A stretch of 64,000 nucleotides of DNA from Obrimoposthia wandeli (taxonomy: Eukaryota): contig CDROCS010000253.1 of the NCBI GenBank assembly GCA_977020255.1, positions 2,790,001-2,854,000 of the forward strand. The letters are read 5' to 3'. Of the stretch, positions 40,617 through 49,491 are shown one piece after another. The stretch's first letter is position 1; each line of letters begins with the position of its first letter. The translations under genes and the position numbers were made by a program. Under the pieces are notes generated by a model. The model was not told the origin of the DNA. It made no database searches and saw only the letters and a list, made by a program, of their open reading frames with translations.

Positions 40617-40709
40617 GAGAAAAAGTCTGCCTTGTAAAAGAAAATGGCTGTCTCGTAAGAGAAAACTGCAAAGGCTGCATTGCCATTACACTGCAACCTT
40701 TTTTATTAG

Positions 40710-41011
40710 TCCGAGCGTAAGGTTAAAACCCTCATCTTTAGATGAGTAGCTTTAGCTAGCTGTTGCCTTTAGGGTGCAGTAGGAAAGAAACCTCATTATG
40801 TAAGTGGTAACTGAGTTAACTGAAAAGATATTGTATGATTGTTTTTGTCGAGGCAAGCATCGACCTACGTAATACAGCGGCTTAGCTTTTGTAGGTCGGC
40901 ACGAGCGTAGCGAGGCCCGACAATTTAACTTGGAGGATATGAGTACAGCGATCACTATAGGACTTTCAGTCCGCAAAAGAACCTACCGTATTTAGACGGT
41001 ATGTAGTTCAG
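40710..41011. mobile_element. Possible non-autonomous IS200/IS605-derived element (about 300 bp)
   Basis: Two TTTAG-loop hairpins (CTCATC-TTTA-GATGAG at 40731-40746; TACCGT-ATTTAG-ACGGTA at 40984-41001) ending GTAGTTCA; no transposase. Confidence 0.4.
40846..40922. repeat. Inverted doublet of GTAG-family REP sequences (REPIN-like)
   Basis: Minus strand GTAGGTCGATGCTTGCCTCGACA and plus strand GTAGGTCGGCACGAGCGTAGCGAGGCCCGACA, 22 bp apart. Confidence 0.6.
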
Positions 41012-41047
41012 TTGGTTTTTTACTCGTAACAAAACTGCTCTTAATCA

Positions 41048-41093
41048 AAACCAACGAAAGTTTGTTGTTTCAGTTTTTATGGTTGGGCATAGT
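41048..41093 (+). promoter_or_regulatory. Operator plus sigma70-like promoter of the ADH gene
   Basis: AAACCAACGAAAGTTTG + TTGTTT-N17-CATAGT. Confidence 0.75.
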
Positions 41094-41234
41094 TTTATTG
41101 TGAACGGTCGCTGTCAGGATGAACACTGATTTGCACAATCCCTAAAAGGACAAAGCAAAAAAGGTGACCTGATGATAGCCGCCCCCTCAATAAAAACTCA
41201 AGCCATTTTGAGTCAAACTATAGGTGTGATAACA

Positions 41235-42356
41235 ATGACTAATGATGATATAAGACATGAAGCGACAGCCGCAATTGCCAGGGGATCTTCTGACCCCTTA
41301 ACTTTTGAACAAGTCACGTTGCAATCACCCAGAGCAGATGAAGTACTGATTAAAATTGTTGCTTCTGGGATATGCCATACGGATCTGGTTTGCCTTCATC
41401 AGGAATTACCTGTGCCACTTCCTATGGTGCTAGGACACGAAGGCGCAGGAATTGTTGTTGAGATAGGCAGCGCAGTGCAAGATCTAGTGCCAGGTGACCA
41501 TGTTGTTTTATCGTTCAATTCTTGCGGTCAATGTCCTTCTTGTGATAGCGAATTGCCTTCCTACTGTTACCATTTTATGGAGAATAACTTCAGCGGAAGT
41601 CGTAGCGATGGTACCGGCACTATGGAACAAAATGGTGAAGCGGTTAACGCTAATTTCTTCGGACAATCTTCTTTTGCAACAATGGCTATTGCCAACGTTA
41701 GAAATACGGTGAAAGTTAGCAAAGATCTGCCGCTCGAAATGCTTGCTCCATTGGGCTGTGGCATACAGACCGGTGCAGGGACTGTTTTTAACTCGTTGCC
41801 AGTGACCGAAAAGCATTCGCTGGCTATATTCGGCGGAGGGGCTGTTGGTCTCAGTGCACTGATGGCTGCCAAGTTAATAGGCGCTGCTCCTCTTATTTTG
41901 GTCGAGCCTTTAGCAGACAGAAGAGCTTTGGCGCTAGAGCTTGGAGCCGATCATGTAATTGACCCATTTGCTGTGGAAAATGTTGTCGAAGAGATAAAAA
42001 AATTAGTCGGTGGAGTTGACTTTAGCCTAGAAATGACAGGCATTCCAGCAGTCGCCAAACAATGCATTGATGTCCTTAAGCCATTAGGAACTTGTGCACT
42101 CGTTGGTGCAGCACCCGCCGATGCTGAAATAAGCATTAATATCATGGAAATGCTCGTTACCGGAAGAAAGATCGTTGGCATAGTGGAAGGGGACGCGCAG
42201 CCGAGAACGTTTATTCCTCAGCTCATTAAATATTATGAAGAAGGGCGTTTCCCTTTTGACCGCCTCATTGACTTCTTCCCTTTCGAATCGCTAAACGAAG
42301 CGATAAAAGCGCAGGAGAGCGGACAAAGTATCAAACCTGTCGTTCGTATGGGTTAG
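41235..42356 (+). CDS. Zn-dependent alcohol dehydrogenase, aryl-alcohol/geraniol dehydrogenase type
   Basis: GICHTD, GHEGAG, CGQCPSC...C, FFGQSSFAT, LGCGIQTGAG; AGGTG RBS before the ATG at 41235. Confidence 0.85.
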   Translation: MTNDDIRHEATAAIARGSSDPLTFEQVTLQSPRADEVLIKIVASGICHTDLVCLHQELPVPLPMVLGHEGAGIVVEIGSAVQDLVPGDHVVLSFNSCGQCPSCDSELPSYCYHFMENNFSGSRSDGTGTMEQNGEAVNANFFGQSSFATMAIANVRNTVKVSKDLPLEMLAPLGCGIQTGAGTVFNSLPVTEKHSLAIFGGGAVGLSALMAAKLIGAAPLILVEPLADRRALALELGADHVIDPFAVENVVEEIKKLVGGVDFSLEMTGIPAVAKQCIDVLKPLGTCALVGAAPADAEISINIMEMLVTGRKIVGIVEGDAQPRTFIPQLIKYYEEGRFPFDRLIDFFPFESLNEAIKAQESGQSIKPVVRMG

Positions 42357-42436
42357 CCACAGCTAGCGTCATCGTTATTTATGGCGCTGTCTTCTATTTT
42401 TAGTTACTTATTTTTTTATGTTAGTAATCCCTTTTA

Positions 42437-42467
42437 GGGCTGTTTTAATCGACAGCCCATTTTTTTC
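42437..42467 (+). terminator. Rho-independent terminator after ADH
   Basis: GGGCTGT-loop-ACAGCCC followed by a T run. Confidence 0.75.
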
Positions 42468-42513
42468 TATAATTAGTTTGCTGAGAGCCCATCCAATAGT
42501 CTGTCTTTAGTTA

Positions 42514-42559
42514 AAACCAACGAAAGTTTGCTGTTAGATTTACTATAGTTGGTCATAAT
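42514..42559 (+). promoter_or_regulatory. Operator plus sigma70-like promoter of the rubredoxin fusion gene
   Basis: AAACCAACGAAAGTTTG + CTGTTA-N17-CATAAT. Confidence 0.75.
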
Positions 42560-42730
42560 TTTTTAATGAACAGTCGCTGGTAGAATTGAAAGGGGCTGTG
42601 AACTATTGAGTACATGCTTTAATGACTGGATAAGCGAAAAACGCAAATATTTTAAAGTCTAGGCTTTAAAATAACTAGGCCTTAAAGAAATGATGAATGT
42701 TATTCCTGAGTACTGTTGCAGAGGTGAAAT

Positions 42731-44152
42731 ATGAGTTACAAAATTTTAGAGTGTTTAGTCTGTGGATTTATCTACGATGAGGGCAAAGGTAATCCAAAAG
42801 AAGGCCTCCCTGCAGGAACTCGTTGGGAAGATGTGCCTGATGATTGGACATGTCCAGATTGTGGTGTAGGAAAGGCAGATTTTGAAATGGTGGCTATAAG
42901 CCGTATTGCTGTTGCTACTAAAGAAAAGGTTGCTGAGGTTGCTATTGAATCAGTACCTGCCATAGCGGCTATGTTGGCAGTTCCTACAATTGACTGGGAT
43001 CGTAAACCCGTTGTAATTATTGGTACTGGCTTGGCGGGTTACCATTTGGCGCGTGAGTTCAGAAAACAAGACAAAGAAACACCGCTGATAATGCTGACTG
43101 CTGATGATGGTCGTTTCTATTCTAAACCCATGATCTCGACAGCTTTTGCCAAAGCTAAACAACCCGATCAACTTGCCAATGCTACGGCGGCTGATATGGC
43201 TGAAGAGTTACAGGCAGATATACGAATATTTAGTAAAGTTACAGAAATAGATGCTGATTCACAGATTTTAAAGGTAGGTGAAGACAGCATTGAGTATGGA
43301 AAGCTTGTATTAGCTTCCGGTGCTAAATGTACTGAAGCACCACTGAAGGGAAATGGCTTGAGCCGAGTTTACAGTGTTAATGATTTATTAGATTACACTC
43401 GGTTCCGTACCTCATTGGTTGGCAAGAAAAAGATATTAATTATTGGGGCAGGTTTAATTGGCTCGGAGTATGCCAATGATATGATCCAGTCTGGCTTCAT
43501 GATTGAGGTTGTTGAGCCTATGCCTAGTGTACTCGGGACGTTATTGCCTGAACAGGCCTCACTTGCGGTTCAGAAAAGTCTTGAACAGGCAGGCGTAAAA
43601 TATCATTTTGGTACTGTGGTTGAGAAGGTGGATAAATTTGGAAATGGAATTCAGGCTACATTGGCTAATGGTACTGTTATTGAAGCCGATGCGGTGTTGT
43701 CTGCTATTGGCGTTCGCCCTGATTTAACACTCGCTAGTCTTACCAAATTGGATACTAATCGAGGCATCCTAACCGATCGTTCATTGCAAACCAGTGCTAA
43801 AAAAATCTATGCACTAGGCGATTGTGCAGAGGTCGATGGCAACTTGTTGTTTTATGTTGCTCCGTTAATGGAAAGTGCCAGAGTGTTGGGTAAAGTGCTC
43901 AGTGGTCAGCAAGCTGAAGTACATTATGGTGTGATGCCGGTGATGATAAAAACGACCCTGTGTCCGGTGGTGGTATCGCCGCCACCGAGGGACGCAGAAG
44001 GGGAGTGGCATGTTAAAGTTGACCGTTGTAATGTACTGGCAAGGTTTGTTTCACCAGAAGGCAAGTTACTGGGATTTGCGTTGACGGGTGATGCGACAAA
44101 AGAAAAGGATGGGTTAAGTGCCGAGACACAGCCACTTATGAGTTATGTCTAA
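42731..44152 (+). CDS. Rubredoxin--NAD(P)H:rubredoxin reductase fusion (RubA-RubB-like)
   Basis: CLVCG...CPDCG rubredoxin, linker, then IIGTGLAGY...YSKPMIS, GAGLIG, ALGDCAE. Confidence 0.9.
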   Translation: MSYKILECLVCGFIYDEGKGNPKEGLPAGTRWEDVPDDWTCPDCGVGKADFEMVAISRIAVATKEKVAEVAIESVPAIAAMLAVPTIDWDRKPVVIIGTGLAGYHLAREFRKQDKETPLIMLTADDGRFYSKPMISTAFAKAKQPDQLANATAADMAEELQADIRIFSKVTEIDADSQILKVGEDSIEYGKLVLASGAKCTEAPLKGNGLSRVYSVNDLLDYTRFRTSLVGKKKILIIGAGLIGSEYANDMIQSGFMIEVVEPMPSVLGTLLPEQASLAVQKSLEQAGVKYHFGTVVEKVDKFGNGIQATLANGTVIEADAVLSAIGVRPDLTLASLTKLDTNRGILTDRSLQTSAKKIYALGDCAEVDGNLLFYVAPLMESARVLGKVLSGQQAEVHYGVMPVMIKTTLCPVVVSPPPRDAEGEWHVKVDRCNVLARFVSPEGKLLGFALTGDATKEKDGLSAETQPLMSYV

Positions 44153-44282
44153 CCTTATGAAGTAAAAATAAGGGGTTGTGGTTTCTATTAGTCAAAAAGA
44201 CTGAGAGAGGCTGCAACCTTTATTGGTTTGAAATAAGCAATTTTAGCTACCCGTTACCTAGGTTATTGATCAAATAGGTTGT

Positions 44283-44370
44283 TATACCAATTACATTTAA
44301 TAACTGCCCATTTGTACTCGTTAATTTTTCTTAGCACAACAAGAACACATACTTAATGTGATTGGTATTA
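44283..44370. repeat. 88-bp MITE-like element
   Basis: TATACCAATTACATT...AATGTGATTGGTATT (13/15 inverted match). Confidence 0.6.
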
Positions 44371-44378
44371 GACTTTGA

Positions 44379-47240
44379 ATGGTCAAACGAAGCGAAAGTG
44401 AAGACGCCTTGTGCTGTCAGTTACTTTTACACTATAGTCTTAGATATGTTTTCAAAAATAATGAATTATTGTCGATGTTAAATAAAGAAGAAAAACAAAA
44501 CTCGCTGCATCAGACCACAGTTATACGCGGAAAACTCCTTAAACCTAAGGTATCTGAAAACCTTATTAATAGAGAGCTTGTTAACACATTTTCCGTTAAA
44601 ATTATGAAAGGCATAAAAGCAGCCCTAGTAGTTGCACCTGCTGGCTATGGCAAGTCTATATTACTAGCCCAGAGCTCAGATGTTTTAACAGATAAAGGTT
44701 ATAATTGTTATTGGCTAAGCATTGATAACAAAGACAACGATCCTCTGAGATTTCTATCCCTTTTAATCGCTTCAGTAGACACACAGGATCCGTTTGAACG
44801 TGACTCTAATACGAGCTACTTTGGTGCGGAACGTAAGATGGCGATCGATTATCTTATCTCAGAAATTGCTAATGTTCTGGAAAATGATTCTTGTCGGCAC
44901 GCATTTTTCATTGATGACTATCATACAATCAGCAATCCGGAAGTTCATAGTATTCTGGAACGGTTAATCAATTATTCACCACAGCAGACGGTTTTTGTCA
45001 TTTCAAGTCGCAATGAACCTGGCTTGGCGCTTAATGCGTTAAAAGTTCGCGAAGAGGTATTTCAGTTAACGAGGAAAGATTTGGCCTTTGCGCTGGATGA
45101 GACCGAGAAGTTTCTTAATGCCTCCAAGCAACTGGGACTTAACAGTAAGCTTGTATCCGCGCTTGCTAATCGAACTGAAGGTTGGGTTGCTGGGCTGCAA
45201 TTAGCATCTTTGGCGTTGGTTGGAAGTTCTAATTATGAAAAATTTATTAATGAGTTTACCGGCACTGATCGCGATGTCATGGATTATCTTGGTGAGGTAA
45301 TTCTCGCTAGACAAAATGACGAAGTTAGGCGATTTTTACTGTGGTCATCAGTGCTTGAACGTATGAGTGCTGATCTAGTTAATTATGTACTTAAAATAGA
45401 CTCAGCCCAAACTATGCTTGAACAGCTAGAGGATAAGAGTCTATTTATTATTCCACTTGATAGAAACCGTATCAGGTATCGTTATCATCATCTTTTTGGT
45501 GATTTTCTGAGGAATGTTTTAAATAAAGAATACCCAGGTAAAAGAGAAAAAATTTGTCGTCGGGCATATACATGGTATAAAGATCATGGTAATAATCATG
45601 AGGCTATAAACTATGCATTAATCGCCCAAGATTACAGTCAGGCGCTAGATCTGATTGCCCGTATCTCCAAAAAGCTCTTACTCGAATCGGGTGAAAACTG
45701 GACGTTACTAAACTGGATACAGCAGCTGCCTGATGGATATGTATTGAACAAACCGGTAATCAGTGTGGCATATTGCTGGTCGCTGGTTTTTTCTCGGCAA
45801 TATCCTCAAGCCCGAGAACAAATGGATCTGCTAGAGCGCCACTGTGGACAGAATTCGGACAAGCTCAAACAGGTAGAGCTTGATCAGCTGCGTAATACCA
45901 TCAAATTAATTCTATGTCTTATTGAAGCCGCCAGTGATAACTCGGTGTATGCCAGCGCTCTGCTCAAAGAGTGGGTTGCCGAAAATCCTTCTGGCAAATT
46001 TCAGGACTTGCTCACCGCCACTGTACTACAGGCCTATAATTCTTTGTCTACATTTGAGTTAGACTTAGGTGAAGTTGCTGCTAATAAAGCTATATCGATT
46101 GGCGCGCAAAGTTCTATTGGTTATCTGGAGGCTTGGGCACATGCGGTTGCGGGTTTAATAAAAGTACAGCGGGCCAACCTGAACGGAGCAGCAAAACATT
46201 ATATTAAAGGACTGAACTGTAATAAGGAAAACGCAAATGAGTTTTCGTATATGGGCTCATTAAACGCCGTATTACTTGCCGAGGTTTATTACGAGCAAAA
46301 TGAAGTAGCCAAGGCAGAAAAACTGCTGGACAATCGCTTTGAGTATATCGATAGCGAGGCTGTGGTGGAGGTGGCTTTTGCCGGTTACCGAGTGATGGCA
46401 AATATACAGTTATTGAAGTCTGGTCTTGATGCGGCCTTGAATGTTATTCATTTAGGCCAAGAGTCTGCCGATCGCATACGACTACCGAGACTTAAAGCAA
46501 TGCTCGCTGCGGAGGAAATTAGCCACCTGCTACAATTCGGCAAGCGTAAAGAAGCACAAGTGGTTGCCAAAGACCTCGGTTTCGACGAATCGCGAGCGCC
46601 AACATTAGATCAGGATTCTCGACAGGTTTTTCAGGAAATACGAGAGCTAGTTCGGGCAGAGCTTAATCTGCATAGTAACTTGCCGAAAAAGGCATTGGTT
46701 ATTTTAAATACACAAATTTTGCAGCGTGAAGAGACTGGGCGGCATCTTCGTTTAATGGAACTGTTGTTGCTACGTAGTAGGGCATTGCATGCGCTTAAAC
46801 TGACAGATGACGCGGTGGCTGATGTCTATCGAGCATTGGAACTTGCGGCGAAAGGCGGTTTTTACCGACTATTTCTTGATGCCGGTAGTGAAATCCACCA
46901 GCTCTTGCGAATTGTAATGAAAGGTGATGCCAGTAAGCAGACAGAAAGTACACTGATGTTTCTGGGTAAAATTAATGAATTATTACTTGCTGATCATGAA
47001 GATAAACAAAGTAAAAGTAAACATGACCTGACGCCTGATACTCTGCTTGAGCCAATGACCAAGCGAGAAAGACAAATGTTGGACTTTATTAAAACCGGAG
47101 AAACTAATAAGGATATTGCGGACAAGTTGTTTATTTCAGAACAGACTGTCAAATGGCATTTACATCAACTCTATAAAAAATTGGGTGTAAAAAATAGAAC
47201 CAGTGCTATTGCCAAAGCGAGTGCTCTCTTGTTGATATAG
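44379..47240 (+). CDS. MalT-like (STAND) LuxR-family transcriptional activator
   Basis: APAGYGKS Walker A, FIDDYH Walker B, TEGWVAGLQL, RYHHLF, C-terminal LuxR HTH. The true start may be ATG 44475. Confidence 0.9.
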   Translation: MVKRSESEDALCCQLLLHYSLRYVFKNNELLSMLNKEEKQNSLHQTTVIRGKLLKPKVSENLINRELVNTFSVKIMKGIKAALVVAPAGYGKSILLAQSSDVLTDKGYNCYWLSIDNKDNDPLRFLSLLIASVDTQDPFERDSNTSYFGAERKMAIDYLISEIANVLENDSCRHAFFIDDYHTISNPEVHSILERLINYSPQQTVFVISSRNEPGLALNALKVREEVFQLTRKDLAFALDETEKFLNASKQLGLNSKLVSALANRTEGWVAGLQLASLALVGSSNYEKFINEFTGTDRDVMDYLGEVILARQNDEVRRFLLWSSVLERMSADLVNYVLKIDSAQTMLEQLEDKSLFIIPLDRNRIRYRYHHLFGDFLRNVLNKEYPGKREKICRRAYTWYKDHGNNHEAINYALIAQDYSQALDLIARISKKLLLESGENWTLLNWIQQLPDGYVLNKPVISVAYCWSLVFSRQYPQAREQMDLLERHCGQNSDKLKQVELDQLRNTIKLILCLIEAASDNSVYASALLKEWVAENPSGKFQDLLTATVLQAYNSLSTFELDLGEVAANKAISIGAQSSIGYLEAWAHAVAGLIKVQRANLNGAAKHYIKGLNCNKENANEFSYMGSLNAVLLAEVYYEQNEVAKAEKLLDNRFEYIDSEAVVEVAFAGYRVMANIQLLKSGLDAALNVIHLGQESADRIRLPRLKAMLAAEEISHLLQFGKRKEAQVVAKDLGFDESRAPTLDQDSRQVFQEIRELVRAELNLHSNLPKKALVILNTQILQREETGRHLRLMELLLLRSRALHALKLTDDAVADVYRALELAAKGGFYRLFLDAGSEIHQLLRIVMKGDASKQTESTLMFLGKINELLLADHEDKQSKSKHDLTPDTLLEPMTKRERQMLDFIKTGETNKDIADKLFISEQTVKWHLHQLYKKLGVKNRTSAIAKASALLLI

Positions 47241-47427
47241 TTGAGAACTTATATCAAACGGATTCATTGAGGAGAGCGAGATACAGAAATAGAAAGTATC
47301 TCGTCGCCTTTCTTTTACCATTCATGGATTATACCGATGTGAGGTATTGCTCATGTTCCCCCCATTAGTAATAGTAGCGCACTCACATTATCGAATGAGT
47401 AATCTCTAAAGTGTTGGATTCACCCAT

Positions 47428-48099
47428 TTATTTTTTCAATTTTATAATCAGTTTTTCTTCATTTACCTGCAATAAATTTGCAAATAATGACTTTACCGAG
47501 GCTAGATAATGCCCGGTTGCTACTTCATGAGAAATTTTTTGATCGTAGTTAGCTATAAATAACTTGGGTTGCGCGGCAGGCATGCTCACCATGCCAATCA
47601 ACATGTTGATAATTTCGGATGAATTCATACCTTTTAATAATTTTTGCTCGCAACATTGTTCAATTAAAATGCGCAGGTCTTTATCAACCAATTGAAATTG
47701 ATTAAAAAAATAATCAAAATGTATCTGTTTACTCATACTAAATTGAATAACAAGTTTTAGAATTACCGGATTATCGACTAAGTTGTCTATAATTTTTGAG
47801 ATCATCAAAAAGGCTGCGTCATTGGCCGGTAAATCATCTCGAAAAGAATCCGTTAATTCTATTCGTTCATTCATCACTTCAGCCATTATCTGATCAGCCA
47901 CAGCATACCAAACTTGCTCTTTATTGCCAAAATGATGACGGATTAAGCCATGACTGACCTGTGCCGCAATAGCTAAATTTCGTATGCTAGTTTTATCATA
48001 GCCTTGTTCTGCGAAAAGTTGCTGGGCACATTTTAAAATCCGTAGTTTAGTGGCGTCTTGTTGCTTCATATTAAAGGGACTTCTTTGGTTATAGACCAT
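47428..48099 (-). CDS. TetR/AcrR-family regulator
   Basis: ILKCAQQLFAEQGYDKTSIRNLA...HHFGNKEQV HTH; divergent from the RND pump. Confidence 0.9.
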   Translation of the reverse strand: MVYNQRSPFNMKQQDATKLRILKCAQQLFAEQGYDKTSIRNLAIAAQVSHGLIRHHFGNKEQVWYAVADQIMAEVMNERIELTDSFRDDLPANDAAFLMISKIIDNLVDNPVILKLVIQFSMSKQIHFDYFFNQFQLVDKDLRILIEQCCEQKLLKGMNSSEIINMLIGMVSMPAAQPKLFIANYDQKISHEVATGHYLASVKSLFANLLQVNEEKLIIKLKK

Positions 48100-48246
48100 C
48101 GGGTTACATGCGATTCAAAAAAGAATTTTACAATTTTCATGGGTAATTTAAAAGAGACATAATAAGTTATTGTTATTACGTATCAATTTCCAATGATTAT
48201 TTCTTATTTTTTAGCTGTTCAACTCATCACTTTTTTAATTTGTTTT

Positions 48247-48301
48247 ACTATACGATTGTATAGTTTATTAATATGAGTATAATACTATACAGTTGTATAG
48301 C
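48247..48301. promoter_or_regulatory. Tandem palindromic TetR operator candidates
   Basis: ACTATAC-GATT-GTATAGT (48247-48264) and ACTATAC-AGTT-GTATAGC (48284-48301). Confidence 0.75.
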
Positions 48302-48363
48302 TTGTCGTTTTTTTAGACTGAATATACCTATTAATATACATGACTTGAAAAAAGAGGTTCTAT

Positions 48364-49482
48364 ATGTGGAAATCTAAATTGCTTGTTACGGCGCCCATTA
48401 TGTTGGTTGCCAGCATGTTCATACTCAGTGGCTGCTCTGAAGAAGCAGCTGAAATAAAAGCAACTAAGTTGGTGAAAGTTACCAAAATTAGTAACTTTAA
48501 GACGTTTGAGCGACGACAGTTTACGGGTCAAGTAAAAGGAGTCAATGAAGTTAATCTGACGTTCCGAGTTGGCGGGCCTTTGATTAAGTATCCGTCGAAT
48601 GTTGGTGATGAGGTGAGTGTTGGCGATGTAATCGCAACAGTTGATCCACATGACTTTAAAGTAAGAGCACATCAGTTTGAGGGGCAGTTGTCAACAGCAC
48701 GTGCTTCGCAAGTCTTAGCAGAAAAAGAGTATCTGCGAGCCAAAAAAGTTCATCAAGAGCGCAGTGGCCTGATCAGCGATACTGAGTTAGATCGTCGTAA
48801 AGCCGCCCTCGATACTTCCAATGGACAGGTAATAACCTTAGAGGCTAGCCTGCAAAGTGCCCAGGATGAACTGTCTTATACCGAACTGAAAGCACCATTC
48901 AGTGGTCGAATAGTCTCGACTTATGTTTATAATTTTGAATACGTCAAACCACAACAACCCATAGTTAAAATTGTTTCACTTGATGAACTAGAGGTTATTG
49001 TCGATGTACCTGAATCTTTAATTTCTATCATAAGCGATGTTAGAGACGTAAGAGTGACCTTCCCAAATTTAGACGGTTTGGTAGTTTCCGGCAGGATTAC
49101 AGAAATTGGCAGTGAGGCTTCTTTTCGTACTCGTACCTATCCAGTAACAGTGAATGTAACTAAGCCTGAAAATGTTGACATCCTTGCTGGTATGACAGTA
49201 TCGGTTAGTGGCCGCATAATCCGAAAAGAGAGTGATAAAGAACGCCCTTATACTTTGCCTCTGGCATCAGTATTTCGTCAGGGAGATAATAGTTATGTTT
49301 GGCGAGTGACAGAAGATTTTGTATTAGAAAAAGTTGCTGTATACAAAGAAAAGTTCTCCAAGTCAGGGGTTATGGTGACAGGAAAATTAAATCCTGGAGA
49401 TACCGTTGTGGTCGCAGGAACCAAATTTCTTAATCAAAACGATATCGTTGAAATATTAGCCACTGACAAGCTGATGCGCTAA
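48364..49482 (+). CDS. RND efflux periplasmic adaptor (MFP)
   Basis: Lipobox LSGC, FRVGG, LSYTELKAPFSG, TRTYPVTV. Confidence 0.9.
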   Translation: MWKSKLLVTAPIMLVASMFILSGCSEEAAEIKATKLVKVTKISNFKTFERRQFTGQVKGVNEVNLTFRVGGPLIKYPSNVGDEVSVGDVIATVDPHDFKVRAHQFEGQLSTARASQVLAEKEYLRAKKVHQERSGLISDTELDRRKAALDTSNGQVITLEASLQSAQDELSYTELKAPFSGRIVSTYVYNFEYVKPQQPIVKIVSLDELEVIVDVPESLISIISDVRDVRVTFPNLDGLVVSGRITEIGSEASFRTRTYPVTVNVTKPENVDILAGMTVSVSGRIIRKESDKERPYTLPLASVFRQGDNSYVWRVTEDFVLEKVAVYKEKFSKSGVMVTGKLNPGDTVVVAGTKFLNQNDIVEILATDKLMR

Positions 49483-49491
49483 GGAGGTACT

